From Craspedostauros australis (taxonomy: Eukaryota): a DNA stretch of 53,639 nucleotides. Made by a program: the position numbers and the translations under genes. The stretch covers positions 1-53,639 of the forward strand of contig JALAGF010005004.1 of NCBI GenBank assembly GCA_030167865.1. The letters run 5' to 3'. Of the stretch, positions 12,560 through 25,284 are shown one piece after another (the stretch's first letter is position 1; every line of letters starts with the position of its first letter). Below the pieces are notes generated by a model, which was not told the origin of the DNA, did no database searches, and saw nothing but the letters and a program-made list of their open reading frames with translations.

Positions 12560-14660
12560 CATAGGACAACATGCATCGTAACAGACGACGCCTTGGCGAC
12601 GCTCCGCCAATCCCCTGAGACACCATTCGCACTCTACGCGAAGGCTTGCCGTGCGTTGCTACTATTTGGGTTGCTGCTCGTCCCTTTTTCTCCGCTGGCG
12701 GATCCATCGCTTTCGTCGAGAATACTCCACGCAGCGCCCAACATGCCAGCATCGTGTGTTCAACTCGTCATGTCCTCTGCGCTTGGCCTGTCTCTGAACT
12801 TTACGACATCATATTCATCCTGCCGCTGCTGACGACGATGATCATCAGGTGCTGCAATCGTGTTAGGCAGGATCGCTGCTTCGTCGGTCGGGGAAGAAAT
12901 GGAATGAATGGAGACTTCTTCCTCGCTTCCTTCTCATCATCACTGTACGATCATTCTCCTCCATCGAGCTCGTCGATCTCGGACTTGTTGAATGCGTTGG
13001 GAAACTTCTCTTTGCTGCATGCCACGCAGTACACATGGTTCTCCCCAAATGGAATGTCCAGGAGCTTGTGGTACACCCTTTCCTTGGTGTCCCGGACCTG
13101 GGCATTGGCGATGATGGAAGCCGTGAAGTAGCCCTTGTCTTGGATGAGGATGGTGTGCAATGCGTGATCCACCAGTTCTGTCTTGTCCTCATTCCACTTC
13201 GCACCGATGAAGGACATGGTTGCATCTGCCAGGTTGCAATTGGCATCAGCCACGGACATGATTGTGAGGGCTGAGGTGAATTGGTCAGCTTCTGTTTCCT
13301 TGTTGTTTCACATTTCGGTGAGTCCTTTCACGAGATCCGCATCCATGACGAGGGTTTCTTCGTTGTTGTTTGATGCTTCCTCAGCATCGAAGTCCTTCCT
13401 GTCTTCACCCAGGTCGGTGAGTTCGTGGCGTATCGTATTCTCACCCTCTCGAGGGATTTCCACACTCTTCAGCTCATCCCGCCCTCGGGTGGTTGGTGTT
13501 TCTTCTTCGCTGTCCAGCGTGTTCAGCCACATGCCCGACTTATGGGAGGGTATGCCGTCCAAGGCAAGATCGCACTCAACGGAAATGAGGATGACACCCT
13601 CGAGTGCTGCCCAGGGTTTTTGGACATCGTCATCGACGTACATAGATGCATTTTCAGGCTACTTTGTCTCGGATGTCGTGTCGAATGCAGGCTCTTGTGA
13701 ACATCTTGAGAGTGTTTGTCAAGATGGAAGGGACGGTCGGCCTGTCTTCCTTCACAATGGTCATGGCTGCGGATATGGCACAGCTCACGAGCTGAGTTGA
13801 TCGCAGCTCGGATGTGAATGCGTTTGTTCCTGGTAGAGTGTTGGCGTTGGCACCTTTGTTTCGCATGCCGCTGTGGCTGAGCCAGATCCAGAGCAGTCGC
13901 ATCGCTCCGCGGGTCCGCCATGGATACTCTCGCCGGCTGCTTTCAAATGTGTCTGCTGTGAAATCCAGAGGTCTCACGAATTCATAGAATACTTGCGAAT
14001 GAGGCGTTGCATCGGTGTTTTGTGTTTGGTTCTGTCTGCGCTATCACAATCATCACCTTCGTCATCGTCATCACCAGCAATCACACCTTGGCGATTGCTA
14101 TCGTTGTTGGCGTCGCTGTTGGCATCGACGCCGGCTTGGAAGGAGTGGAAGTTGTGACCAAAGTCGAGATCTCGTACCCTTGTGTCCACGTCATGGTATT
14201 AAAATGAATACATGAAATGGCTGAGAAAGAGGAACATCGCCATTGTCTGCGCCGATGCCAACATCCAAGCTTATGCATCGGCATCGGCAACAGGTTGGAC
14301 AGAGGATACTGCGACTGCTTCTGTGGAGCGTGCTGCACCATCAATCCGCAATGAGTCCATTCCAGTGCGCTGAACGAACCGCTGGATGAACTGCTCGAAC
14401 ACCAACGGCATCAGAGGAACTTCTTCGTTTGGATCCTTGTATCGGAGAAATGAGTTGAACATCTCATCGACCAGGATGGAGGCCGCCCCTTGCATTATCT
14501 TGCACGATGATGTGAAGAAGCGGGGCTTGCCTCGACCCATCGAATGTTGGCAGCTTCTCATGCGTGTTTGGCGACTTCGGTATCCTTGGTGTCAAGGGAG
14601 AGGATTCCGCGATTCGGGTTTCGCCAAGATTAGGCCTTTCTCTCTCCAGAATTTGGGCTA
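12560..14660 (-). pseudogene. Degraded coding-like region (probable pseudogene of an unidentified protein)
   Basis: A chain of protein-like minus-strand ORFs, most in the same frame (14271-14561, 13974-14189, 13308-13643, 12951-13259). They are separated by in-frame stops (TGA at 13308-13310 and 12951-12953) and apparent frameshifts. I found no obvious splice sites that would remove these stops. Boundaries are approximate. Confidence 0.45.
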
Positions 14661-14882
14661 AAGAAGCGCCTCCCTGCGAACGTGCTTCTGGTAGGTAAGA
14701 AGTATCTTTGGCGGCGAAGACGAGAACACGAAGGATTTGCCAGAATGCATTCTGCTGCACGCACTTGCACACATCAAGCAACGACAACATCAACAACAGC
14801 GAAAACCACAACAACCAGAAGAGGCGAAGATCTCACAATACACAAACAGAAAGACATCACCAGCAAACACTCAAACAGCACC

Positions 14883-16354
<1,472 letters not shown>

Positions 16355-17385
16355 ACCGTTTCCAATACCCTCGCTGTTGGCACTGCGAACGTGTCTAAGC
16401 TGTAGCATGCATGATCAAGTCGGCCGACTCATCACCTATTGTGCGTAAATCACTATTTAGCTTGCGCCCATTCTGTTGCGTCCAAGTGCGCTCGCTGGAG
16501 CACGAAGCAGTTTGATAGCGCGTGCCATTGCTTCCGCTCCCGCACTTCATCTTCACATAGGTTTGTGACAAGAGTATGTAGCTACCGAATGAACAGCACA
16601 AGGTAGTATACGGGCCAGAAGAACGTCAACTACTCCGCATTGGCCCACTCTACTATTCTACACTGCTCTGTTGGAGACTATGGCGTATGCGTCCCCCAAC
16701 TGTAGTCAGGTACGGGAACTCTTCTTTGGTTTCATGTTCGATTTCGTCGTTTTGTGGGCAAAGTCGACCATCCAACTCGTGATTGTTCTGGTCGTGTTCC
16801 CATTTCGATTCCATTTCAAGTGTGGTATCAAAGTACGGAATATATGCATTCATACGTAACTTCTCTGTACAATGGCATCGAGCATGTCAGTGATACACAT
16901 GTATGAATATTTATATTCAGATCCCAATTATATGGAGTGTTGCACTACAAATATAACATTAATGAATGATTATATAGCATTGTCACCATGCGTGTTGTAG
17001 ATGTCGCAGGACTGGCAAACAGTCCTTCGATCGCCAACTCTTCTTTCGCTGATCACAAAATCGAACCGATCGAGTTGTGAAGCGATGTGGCGAAGTGTGG
17101 CGGCAGCGTTTCGCATGAAATGACATCGCATCGATCGCATTCTCGCACCTTCGCCCTATCACAACATCCAAGAGTATTGACCGCAACCATCAATGAGCAC
17201 AACCAACATCCCCAACCTCCAATCATTATCAACAAGATATTCGGCAGTACAAGGCCCACAACAATCATACAACCATACAACCATACAACGTCACAACCAT
17301 ACAGCGTCACAACACAAAACTCCCGCTATCCTAGTGCACATACAACACGCACAACACACCCTTCACGAAAGCAACCCAGAATAGA

Positions 17386-19284
17386 ATGAGATCCTCCATG
17401 TTCTGCGCATCACCAAGAACGACGGAGGAGCCAGCAACCCTCTCCAGACAGCACTCGGGCGTCGGAGATGCTTACAGCGTTGTGCGACCAGCCAGCTCCA
17501 TGGTCTCCAACATCCGGTACCACGACGAACCAGAATGCGACTATGACAGCGGCGCCACCGATCTGTACAAGCTCATCGAGGGCAGGGATTGGGATGGTGC
17601 GATGGCGCGCCTCGAGTCTCACCCAGCCGAAGTGAAGACATGGATCTCGAGACGGGAGCACAACGCAGACAAGACCAGATGGCGCATCCTCCCGATCCAC
17701 GCCACCTGCATCTTCCGATCTCCCCTCGCCCTCATCGAGGCGTTGATCGAGATCTACCCCGACGGTCCGCAGATGAAGGACGATCAGGGCATGCTTCCCA
17801 TCCATCTGGCGTGTCGCAACGGTGCCTCGAAAGGTGTCGTGCTGACCCTGCTGAGGGCCTTCCCGGAATCGTACAACGTCAAGGACCGCAAGGGCCGTTT
17901 TCCGCTCGATCTCGTGGAGACCAGCACGTCGCAGAACGTGGAGGCAGTCAGCGCGGCCATCCGCAGATTCCAAACTGAGCGTGAGGCCGCCGAGAACCAG
18001 CAATCGACGCCGGCGGTCGTCGATGTCAAGATGGTGAGCACGACACCGATCAAACCGGCGGGTGGAACCGAATCCATCCAAACAGGAGCCGTGAGCGAGG
18101 TTGATTACGAACATCGCACCGTCCTCTTCCGCCTTCTCATCAAGAAGGATTGGGCCGCAGCCACCTCCCGCGCCAAATCACACCCTGACGAGGCCGCCAC
18201 GTGGATCGTCACGAAGGGATTCAACGGCAATCTGCGCTTCCTCCCGTTGCACAAGGCATGCGTCCTGCAGCCGCCGCAGAGCGTGATCGAAGCGTTGCTG
18301 GAAGCCTACGAGAACGGCGCCAAGTCCAAGGATCAGGATGGCTGGCTGCCAGTCCACTGCGCCTGCTTCTACGGTGCCGACGAGAGCACCGTGTCAAGCT
18401 TGCTCAATGCATTCATCAAGGGCACACAATCGAAGGATGACGAAGGACGTCTTCCTTTGCACTACGCATGTCTCAAGGGTGCGTCGCAAGCCGTCGTGGA
18501 CGCGCTGCTCCAAGGCTTCCCCAAGGGCGCCATGAGCAAGGATGACGAAGGCCGGTTGCCCATCCACCACGCCTGCTCGAAGGGTGCCCCAGAGGGCATC
18601 ATCGACGCCCTCCTCAAGGCGTCGCCGAAGGGCGCGCAGTCTAAGGATGATCAAGGACGCCTGCCGTTGCACCACGCATGCCGCAAGTCGTCATCGGAGA
18701 GGATCATCCGCACCCTCCTCCGCGTGTACCCACGCGCCGCTCAGATCAAGGACGACCAGGACAAGCTCCCCGTCCACTATGCCTGCCAGAACGGAGCAAG
18801 TGTGAACGTCGTCAGCGTCCTCCTCTCCACCTACCCCGAGAGCATCAACGTGAAGAACGGCTTCGGCTTCACCCCTCTCGCCGAGGCCAAGGCCCTCGAA
18901 AATCCCAAGATGGACCCCATCATCGAAGTCCTCACGAAGTTCAAGGCCCAGCAGGACAAGCACGCCGCCACCACGGGCGAGAACGCAATCCTCGATGCCA
19001 AGATCAAGACCCTGAATTCCCGCATCGTGGCGTTGGAAGGCTTGGTGAGCAACATCATGGAGCTCGGCAACGAGCTGAAGGGATCGGCGCGCAAGGTCAA
19101 GGATCCCTTCGTGCTCATCGAGCGCATCGGAGATCGGTTGGCGAACCTGGACGTGCCTGCATCTGCATCGGAAAGCGTGACCGGTAGCAGCCAACGCAGC
19201 AACAGCAGTTCGTTGAAGGAGAAGAAGAGCGGCGGTGTCTTCGGTCGTCGTTCACGATCGGGCATCCGCGGCAGCAGCAAGTAG
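17386..19284 (+). CDS. Ankyrin-like (LPLHxAC) repeat protein with C-terminal coiled coil, 632 aa, intronless
   Basis: Long ORF with 35-aa repeats KDDxGRLP[LIV]HxAC...LLxxxPxGA starting at 18328, 18433, 18538, 18643, 18748 and 18853. Two N-terminal modules of the form DY..T.L..LI..DW..A......P.E..TW. Confidence 0.88.
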   Translation: MRSSMFCASPRTTEEPATLSRQHSGVGDAYSVVRPASSMVSNIRYHDEPECDYDSGATDLYKLIEGRDWDGAMARLESHPAEVKTWISRREHNADKTRWRILPIHATCIFRSPLALIEALIEIYPDGPQMKDDQGMLPIHLACRNGASKGVVLTLLRAFPESYNVKDRKGRFPLDLVETSTSQNVEAVSAAIRRFQTEREAAENQQSTPAVVDVKMVSTTPIKPAGGTESIQTGAVSEVDYEHRTVLFRLLIKKDWAAATSRAKSHPDEAATWIVTKGFNGNLRFLPLHKACVLQPPQSVIEALLEAYENGAKSKDQDGWLPVHCACFYGADESTVSSLLNAFIKGTQSKDDEGRLPLHYACLKGASQAVVDALLQGFPKGAMSKDDEGRLPIHHACSKGAPEGIIDALLKASPKGAQSKDDQGRLPLHHACRKSSSERIIRTLLRVYPRAAQIKDDQDKLPVHYACQNGASVNVVSVLLSTYPESINVKNGFGFTPLAEAKALENPKMDPIIEVLTKFKAQQDKHAATTGENAILDAKIKTLNSRIVALEGLVSNIMELGNELKGSARKVKDPFVLIERIGDRLANLDVPASASESVTGSSQRSNSSSLKEKKSGGVFGRRSRSGIRGSSK

Positions 19285-20044
19285 GAAGGGTGAGGTGATG
19301 AGGCGTGTGTAAGGTGTGGTGATGGTGAGGATCAGATCAGATCAGACAAGAAGTGAGGAGAATGATCAACAAGCAACCAAGCCAAGAACGAAACAATGAA
19401 ACAAGCGATGTGCTCTCGAGAATTGCACTCTGCTCTTTGTGACACGTTCACAGCAGCAACACATGTCGATGTCGATGACGATAACGATGATGACGATGAT
19501 CAGTATGCCGATGGAAGAGGAGTGAAGTGAATTGCAAATATTATACGTAAAGTATAGCTGTACAAGTATTAGCCCGAAGCAACCCCTTTCTGTGCCAACA
19601 TTCGATGTAACTGCTGTACCCAACATCTACAACATCCAGTTGACGCAGTAACACAGTTGCAATTGTTGATGTGGGATTGTATGTGGCTATCTGCATGTAT
19701 AATAGGTTGGTTAAAGAATTAGAACACTCTATTTGAATGTTGTTGTTGGTATTGTTGGCGCCGCTATTGTCGTTGTCGTCAATGATGTGAAAGATGCTTA
19801 TCCCACATCGACGGTCTCACGCCTGTACAGAGTCGAGTTGGAGACATGTATGGACAACCAGCTCTGCTTGATTCCAAATCGGTTCATCCGATTCAGCTTT
19901 GACGTACAGACGAGCAGGTATTGTATGTTAGAAGTTGGATGTCGCGTTTCACTTTTTTCTCACTTGTGCAGAGGAAGATATGTAGAGCTACGTATGTGGA
20001 GTTGGGTTGTCAAGCAGCCGCCGCATTGATTTGGAAGAAGGTAT

Positions 20045-21619
20045 TCAACAGGACATGGGACCACCGAGAGCAGCTGCGGCAGCGGCGACGACAGCGGCCT
20101 GCTGCTCCGGATCCACCTCGGCATTCAACGAGCTCTCCTTCTCCTCCTGCGGTGGTTGGTGGAAGTCGGGCATTTCAAGCGCGGACAGGATGGGGATTCC
20201 CCTCTCTTCGAGCAGTCCGCGCAGACTGTCAGATTGACTGAGCAGCTGCTTCTGCAATGCGATTTGGCTGCTGACCATGGCGCGCATGGCACGTTCCGTG
20301 TCCATGAGCTGACCCGACACGTCCTGCTCCTGCATGAGGAGGACGGCCTGCAGATCGCCCGACAGAAGCTGGACGCGATCGTCGTACTGGACAATCTGGC
20401 TGTCCTTCTTCTCGATGCTCTTGGTCAGCTTCGCCACTTGCTTCTTCTCCTTGGCAAGGCTCTGGCTCAATTCTTCGATGCGCGCCGTCATCCGGTCCTC
20501 TTTGGCCCTGGCGGCATGCTTCCATTCCTGCAGCTCCTCGATGATGGTACTGCTTTGCTTGATCTCGTGCTGCATCGCGCCCACGGTCTCCGTCATGGTC
20601 TGCAGCTGCTTTCGCAGATCCTCCTGGACATCGCGCTCGCGCTTGAGCTCTTCGCTGTGCTTCTTGCTGACGGCCGCGAAGGTGACCTTGTGCTTGCGCT
20701 TGATGGCGTTCTGCTGATCCTTGGCGGACTTTTCAAAGTTGGTGTAGGCCGCGTGACATCGCGACAGGCTGTCAAAGACGACGCGGTACTCCTCCTGCTG
20801 CAGCAGCTCGCTGGTGTTGAGGAGTTCCATGGGGGTGCGGCCGGATTGGTCCAGCGCCACGATGGCGTCCCAGTACGCGACGACGAGGAGATTGACGACC
20901 TCGGGGGCGGCTCCGAATTCCACGGCGATATGCAATGGCAGCTGATCGAACTGCGTCGTCTTTTGTGCGGATTCCGGGTGCGCCGCCAGCAGGGTGGAGA
21001 TGAGCCAGGCTGGTGCTTGACGTCGGCAGGCCTGTGGTATGAAAAATGAAAAATGCGAGGTATGAGTATGGCGAGTGACGATTGTGACAGATGGATGAGT
21101 GTGATAGAATGTCAGAAGTGGCATGAAGTGAGGCAGAGTGAAGATCGAGATGGTGTTGATTGTGCAGGTTGCAAAAATGACTGGATGAATGAAAGCAACG
21201 GAAGTGCTCAGCTCAGCTCAGCTCCACTCAACCCAACTCGACCCAACTGGACTCGACTATTCGCTCGCATCCTCGCAGTATGCATATGGCAAACGTACCT
21301 CATGCATTGGAAGACGTCTCCAGCACGAAATGTCCATTGGCGAGTCCGTCATTCCGCCGGATTTGACCCAGATCGGGATCTCCTCGGGCCGATCCTCCGC
21401 GATATCCAAGGCGTCGCGCCATCGGCAATCCTCAATGGCGAGGAACAGATCCGTGGCACCCTTGGAATATAGGACCTCCTTCTCCGGTTTCAGACGAGGA
21501 TAATCCGATCTCGCGACTGTCGACAGGGGCTTTGGCTCCTTGTCGAAGTCTTCCTCCTCGGACACGGCTGGCAACGACGACCCCGCTCGCTCCTTGCGTT
21601 CTGCGGTTGGGCTCGGCAT
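20045..21619 (-). CDS. Ankyrin-like (LPLH) repeat protein with long coiled coil; exons 21619-21299 and 21031-20045, ~435 aa
   Basis: An intron GTACGT(21298)...CAG(21032) joins LPMHE-ACRRQAP. Further motifs QLPLHIAVEFGA and GRTPMEL, plus a heptad-rich C-terminal half. Confidence 0.85.
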
Positions 21620-22510
21620 GGTGGTGGCTGTTGTTGTGATTGCTGATCTCGAGATGTTGCTGCAGGCTTGAATTGAACTGGGCCGCCGTGAGAATTTGTG
21701 AACGCTTCGCTTCTGCTTTCTCAATTGCAATGAAAGTAATGCACTCTGCTCTTGAGAACCTTCCCCCTTTGATACAGTTGCGACCGTTGCTTTCAATCGT
21801 TTGGGATGCCGTTGACGATGCCGTTGATGCTGTTGTTGATGACAATGACGCTGATGATGGCAATGTTGTCGGAGGCAGTATGGTTGAGTCCAGAAGATTT
21901 ATGTTCTGCGCGTGTGAGAAAGCTGGAGGAGCAAAGGAAGGAAGAAATCTGATGCCGCAAAATGAAAATGAAGATGACGACGCACACGCAAACGCATGTG
22001 ATGGCGGAATGGAAAGAGAGAGAGAGAAGCGGACTGCCGAAAAGTTGATGTTATCCGATCCTGGCGGCCAATGAAAGTTCTGTGTCTTGTTGTTCTTGTT
22101 TGTTGTCCTGCAAACCTCGTGCTCTTGGACGAGTGGCGCGCCGATGCGTCTCGATGCTGCGAGCACAAGTACACCAACCCCCAACCAACCACATGATCGT
22201 GTCATGCGAAAAGAATCAACGAGGTTCCATTCCACCCAACTCTCGTTGTGTTCAACCATTTTCGTCGACAAATTCTGGGAACCTTCATAAAATTGGCCGT
22301 TCAACGGGCACTGATTGCATGATCGAATTGTCGCCAATTGGCTATTCCTGTCACATTGTTTCCGTTGCAATACACAGATAACGTCTTGTTAACGCCAAGC
22401 AACAGAAGAATTTGAGTTTAGTCCATTGAGTCATATCGGGGTTAACCGTTGCGGTCTCATTTTGAATTTCGTCGAACGAAGCAGAAAAGGCGAAACATGG
22501 TCGCATGCTT

Positions 22511-22555
22511 GACATCGTGGACACCAACATCGTGGACATCGACATCGTGGACACC
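22511..22555. repeat. 15-bp tandem repeat x3 (RACATCGTGGACAYC) upstream of the DUF1294 gene
   Basis: gacatcgtggacacc / aacatcgtggacatc / gacatcgtggacacc. Confidence 0.85.
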
Positions 22556-22799
22556 ACCCCATCACACACGCTCCATTTGCTGTTGGAACTCCACTCTGCT
22601 CAAACCAATCATCCATCTGGCCATCCACGCCAATGCGTCAGTGACCAGATCCAAGTACCAAGGCACTCAGCATACGCATCGTACAGGTCTCGCATAGAGT
22701 ACTCGATAACTATCACAAGCCACGCAAACACCAACGCACGCACCACAAGGCTGCTGCAACCAGCTCCAGCATCGCCATCGCCACCGCAACGACAGCGCC

Positions 22800-23327
22800 A
22801 TGATCGGGATCTTCGTCATGCTCGTCGGCACGCTCTGCAGCATCATATACCCGCTGGGACTCAATTTCCTGTTGGCCCTCGCGATCCACCTGCACCACCC
22901 GCAGCTCGGCGAGGCCGTCGCGACATTTCCATTCGTCGCCGTGGCATGCGGCGCCTTCTCTCTCGTCTCCTTCGTGCTGTACAGCCTCGACAGGATGCTG
23001 CTGTGCATACCGGAACGCATCTTGCTCACGGTGGATGCAGCGGGAGGTTGGCCAGGCGGTTTCATCGCACAACGGGCGTGGCGTCACAAGGTCCGCAAGA
23101 TGTCCTTCCAGCGGCGGTTCTGGTGCGGCGTCGTCCTCCACATCGTGGGGTGGCTGTGGTGCTACGGGAAGATCACTGTCATGGATGGCGTCGTGCTCGG
23201 CGTGCAGGCCAAGAACGCGACGAATTGGTTGCAGGCGGCTTGCGAGAATTGGAAGGACGAGTTGCCCGGTATGGAGCATGTCATCGGCATGATTTCCAGT
23301 CTGTCACGCAATGCGTCGGAGCTGTGA
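22800..23327 (+). CDS. DUF1294 (YsdA-like) small membrane protein, 175 aa
   Basis: Signature LYSLD...IPERILLTVDAAGGWPGGFIAQRAWRHKVRKMSF matches the DUF1294 pattern (IPExxL...GGWPG...RHKTxKxSF). Several hydrophobic helices. Confidence 0.8.
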   Translation: MIGIFVMLVGTLCSIIYPLGLNFLLALAIHLHHPQLGEAVATFPFVAVACGAFSLVSFVLYSLDRMLLCIPERILLTVDAAGGWPGGFIAQRAWRHKVRKMSFQRRFWCGVVLHIVGWLWCYGKITVMDGVVLGVQAKNATNWLQAACENWKDELPGMEHVIGMISSLSRNASEL

Positions 23328-23785
23328 TCTGCACCATACCCCGTGCGAGTGCATGCTCGTTGTACTATGTTGATCACTCGAAACTGCAGCGAATACCGAG
23401 AGGAAGTGGCGATGTGGGATGAATTCAATGCGCACAAGAGCATGGACTCTGTCACAGATACAATCCATGCAGGCGTCAGATGTCGTTGTATCCCAAGGCG
23501 CTTTTGCCATCAGTGAGAGCATTTCGTGCTTGTCCCATGAGTACTCGCAGGAACCATGAGTGCGGGGGAGCAAGGCCGTCGTTATGGTATGAGAAAAGGG
23601 TGCCAGACATCATACCATATGTAGACATATAATAGAATACAGAAGAGATTTGCAGAGTACACACATTCTACACTCCATTTTACTGTGCTCTGTTCCCCTT
23701 GATCTTGCTTCTAGATTGGTTGTGCTTGCTGGATGAATTCGCTCCCAATCATGCATTCCATACGTACGAGTATTTGCTCTTGCGA

Positions 23786-23822
23786 ACACACACACACACA
23801 CACTCTCTCTCTCTCTCTCTCT
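23786..23822. repeat. Compound (AC)n(CT)n microsatellite in the NSE2 3' region
   Basis: acacacacacacacacactctctctctctctctctct read directly. Confidence 0.95.
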
Positions 23823-23915
23823 TTGCTCTCTACCTCTACCTCTACTTCTTCCTGCTGCCTCTTCAAAACGAGTGCACTCCACAAACACCTGTCATCTCCT
23901 TATCCGACCACAGCG

Positions 23916-24758
23916 TCATTTGTTGCGAGTTTCATCATCCGAGTCAAAATCAGTTTGCGTATTGCGCTGCTGCTTATCTCGCTCCTGTTGCTGCCTCTTC
24001 TTCTCTCGACGCACGAGGATCGCCATTTCACGATCCGGCTTGAGCTGGCTGACGGCGAGCCTCGTGTTGCTGCAGCCAGGAACGGGGCATTGCTTGCGCG
24101 TGGCCCTCTGGATGTGAGAGCGAATGGCCTCGCTGGAGTACACGTGACCACACACCTGATTCTTCACCGGGTCCTCCATCAACGTGCCCATGAGGGGGCA
24201 TTTGAGATTGATCTCCGACGCGCCAGTGTTCATGACCATGAGCTCCTCTTCTTCGTCCTCGCCATCGCCCTGTGCAATACCGCTCGTGTCGACAGGTTCG
24301 CCCAGTTTCTCGCACAGTGCCTGGTAGCTCTTGTGCTTCTTGTAGTAGTCATCCCCGTTTGCGCCCTTGCTGCGGCGCTTGCTCTTGCGCCGTACTTCCT
24401 TCATGCGCCGTTCCAGCTCCTTCTGGTAGTTCTCCGTGTTCTCGTCGTGGCAGTTGTCGCCAATCTGCTGCAGGGATTTGAGGAATATGGTGATGCCGTC
24501 ATCGCGGTCGATGTTGGCCTTCATGAGGTCCTTGAGCTGGTCTCGTTCCTTCTGCAACGGGTCTTCTTCGTCGCCATGTTGCTTGAGCAGCCGGTCGATG
24601 GTGTCGTCCGCCACGAGGCGCCTCGCGGAGCTGTTCAGCATGCTGATGTTCGCCGCGATGCCATCGCGGTAATCGCCTTCCTTGCGGATCATCACGTTCA
24701 CCACGGTCTGCACGGTCCCGGAGTTCTCCGAGTTCTGAGACATGTATTGCGACGACAT
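23916..24758 (-). CDS. NSE2: NSE2/MMS21 E3 SUMO ligase of the SMC5/6 complex, ~280 aa
   Basis: C-terminal SP-RING (zf-Nse) LKCPLMGTLMEDPVKNQVCGHVYSSEAI...QCPVPGC, preceded by an acidic EDEEEELMV patch and a helical N-terminus. Start taken at MSSQY (24758). Confidence 0.87.
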   Translation of the reverse strand: MSSQYMSQNSENSGTVQTVVNVMIRKEGDYRDGIAANISMLNSSARRLVADDTIDRLLKQHGDEEDPLQKERDQLKDLMKANIDRDDGITIFLKSLQQIGDNCHDENTENYQKELERRMKEVRRKSKRRSKGANGDDYYKKHKSYQALCEKLGEPVDTSGIAQGDGEDEEEELMVMNTGASEINLKCPLMGTLMEDPVKNQVCGHVYSSEAIRSHIQRATRKQCPVPGCSNTRLAVSQLKPDREMAILVRREKKRQQQERDKQQRNTQTDFDSDDETRNK

Positions 24759-25200
24759 GGTTGCTCTGATGTTGTTGCTGCGATGCTTTTGCGTTGTTGT
24801 CAATGGGGTGATTGATGAGTGTGGACTGGTGTCAAGTTTTGTCTGTCTGTGCGCGCCTGTTTGTGGTGACGATGGTGTGGGTGTGTGCGATCTGTGATTA
24901 CAGTGCGAGGGTGGGAGAGGTTGGCGGTTGCCTTGGAACAGCACTGCCGTCGTTGCTGCGAGTCGTTTCAGATGTGATTTTTGGCTGTCTTGCTCTCTTT
25001 TCGAAGTCTGTTCTCAGTGTGTCTGTCCGTCCTGCGCGAGGGAATTGCAGGCCGTCTGTCCATCGTCAGGCCCATGCATATGCCAGCGGAATCTCCTAAT
25101 CTCTCCCTCCGCCACCGTCAACACAACCACATCACAATCATGAAGCAATGAGAATCACGAACATGACCGCTGGTGGAGAGAGGTTGATTGCCAACCATTA

Positions 25201-25226
25201 TACTCGTACTCGTACTCGTATTCGTA
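25201..25226. repeat. (TACTCG)n hexamer repeat in the divergent NSE2 / oxygenase intergenic region
   Basis: tactcgtactcgtactcgtattcgta. Confidence 0.8.
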
Positions 25227-25284
25227 ACTGCGCTTATATCACACCGTTGTCGCCATTGCGGTGAGCGAGAAGAAGTTAGCAGGC

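Noticed and set aside
12951-13310. Selenoprotein with in-frame TGA codons
   Set aside because: Neighbouring frameshifts and TAA/TAG stops, non-redox contexts and no SECIS recognised.
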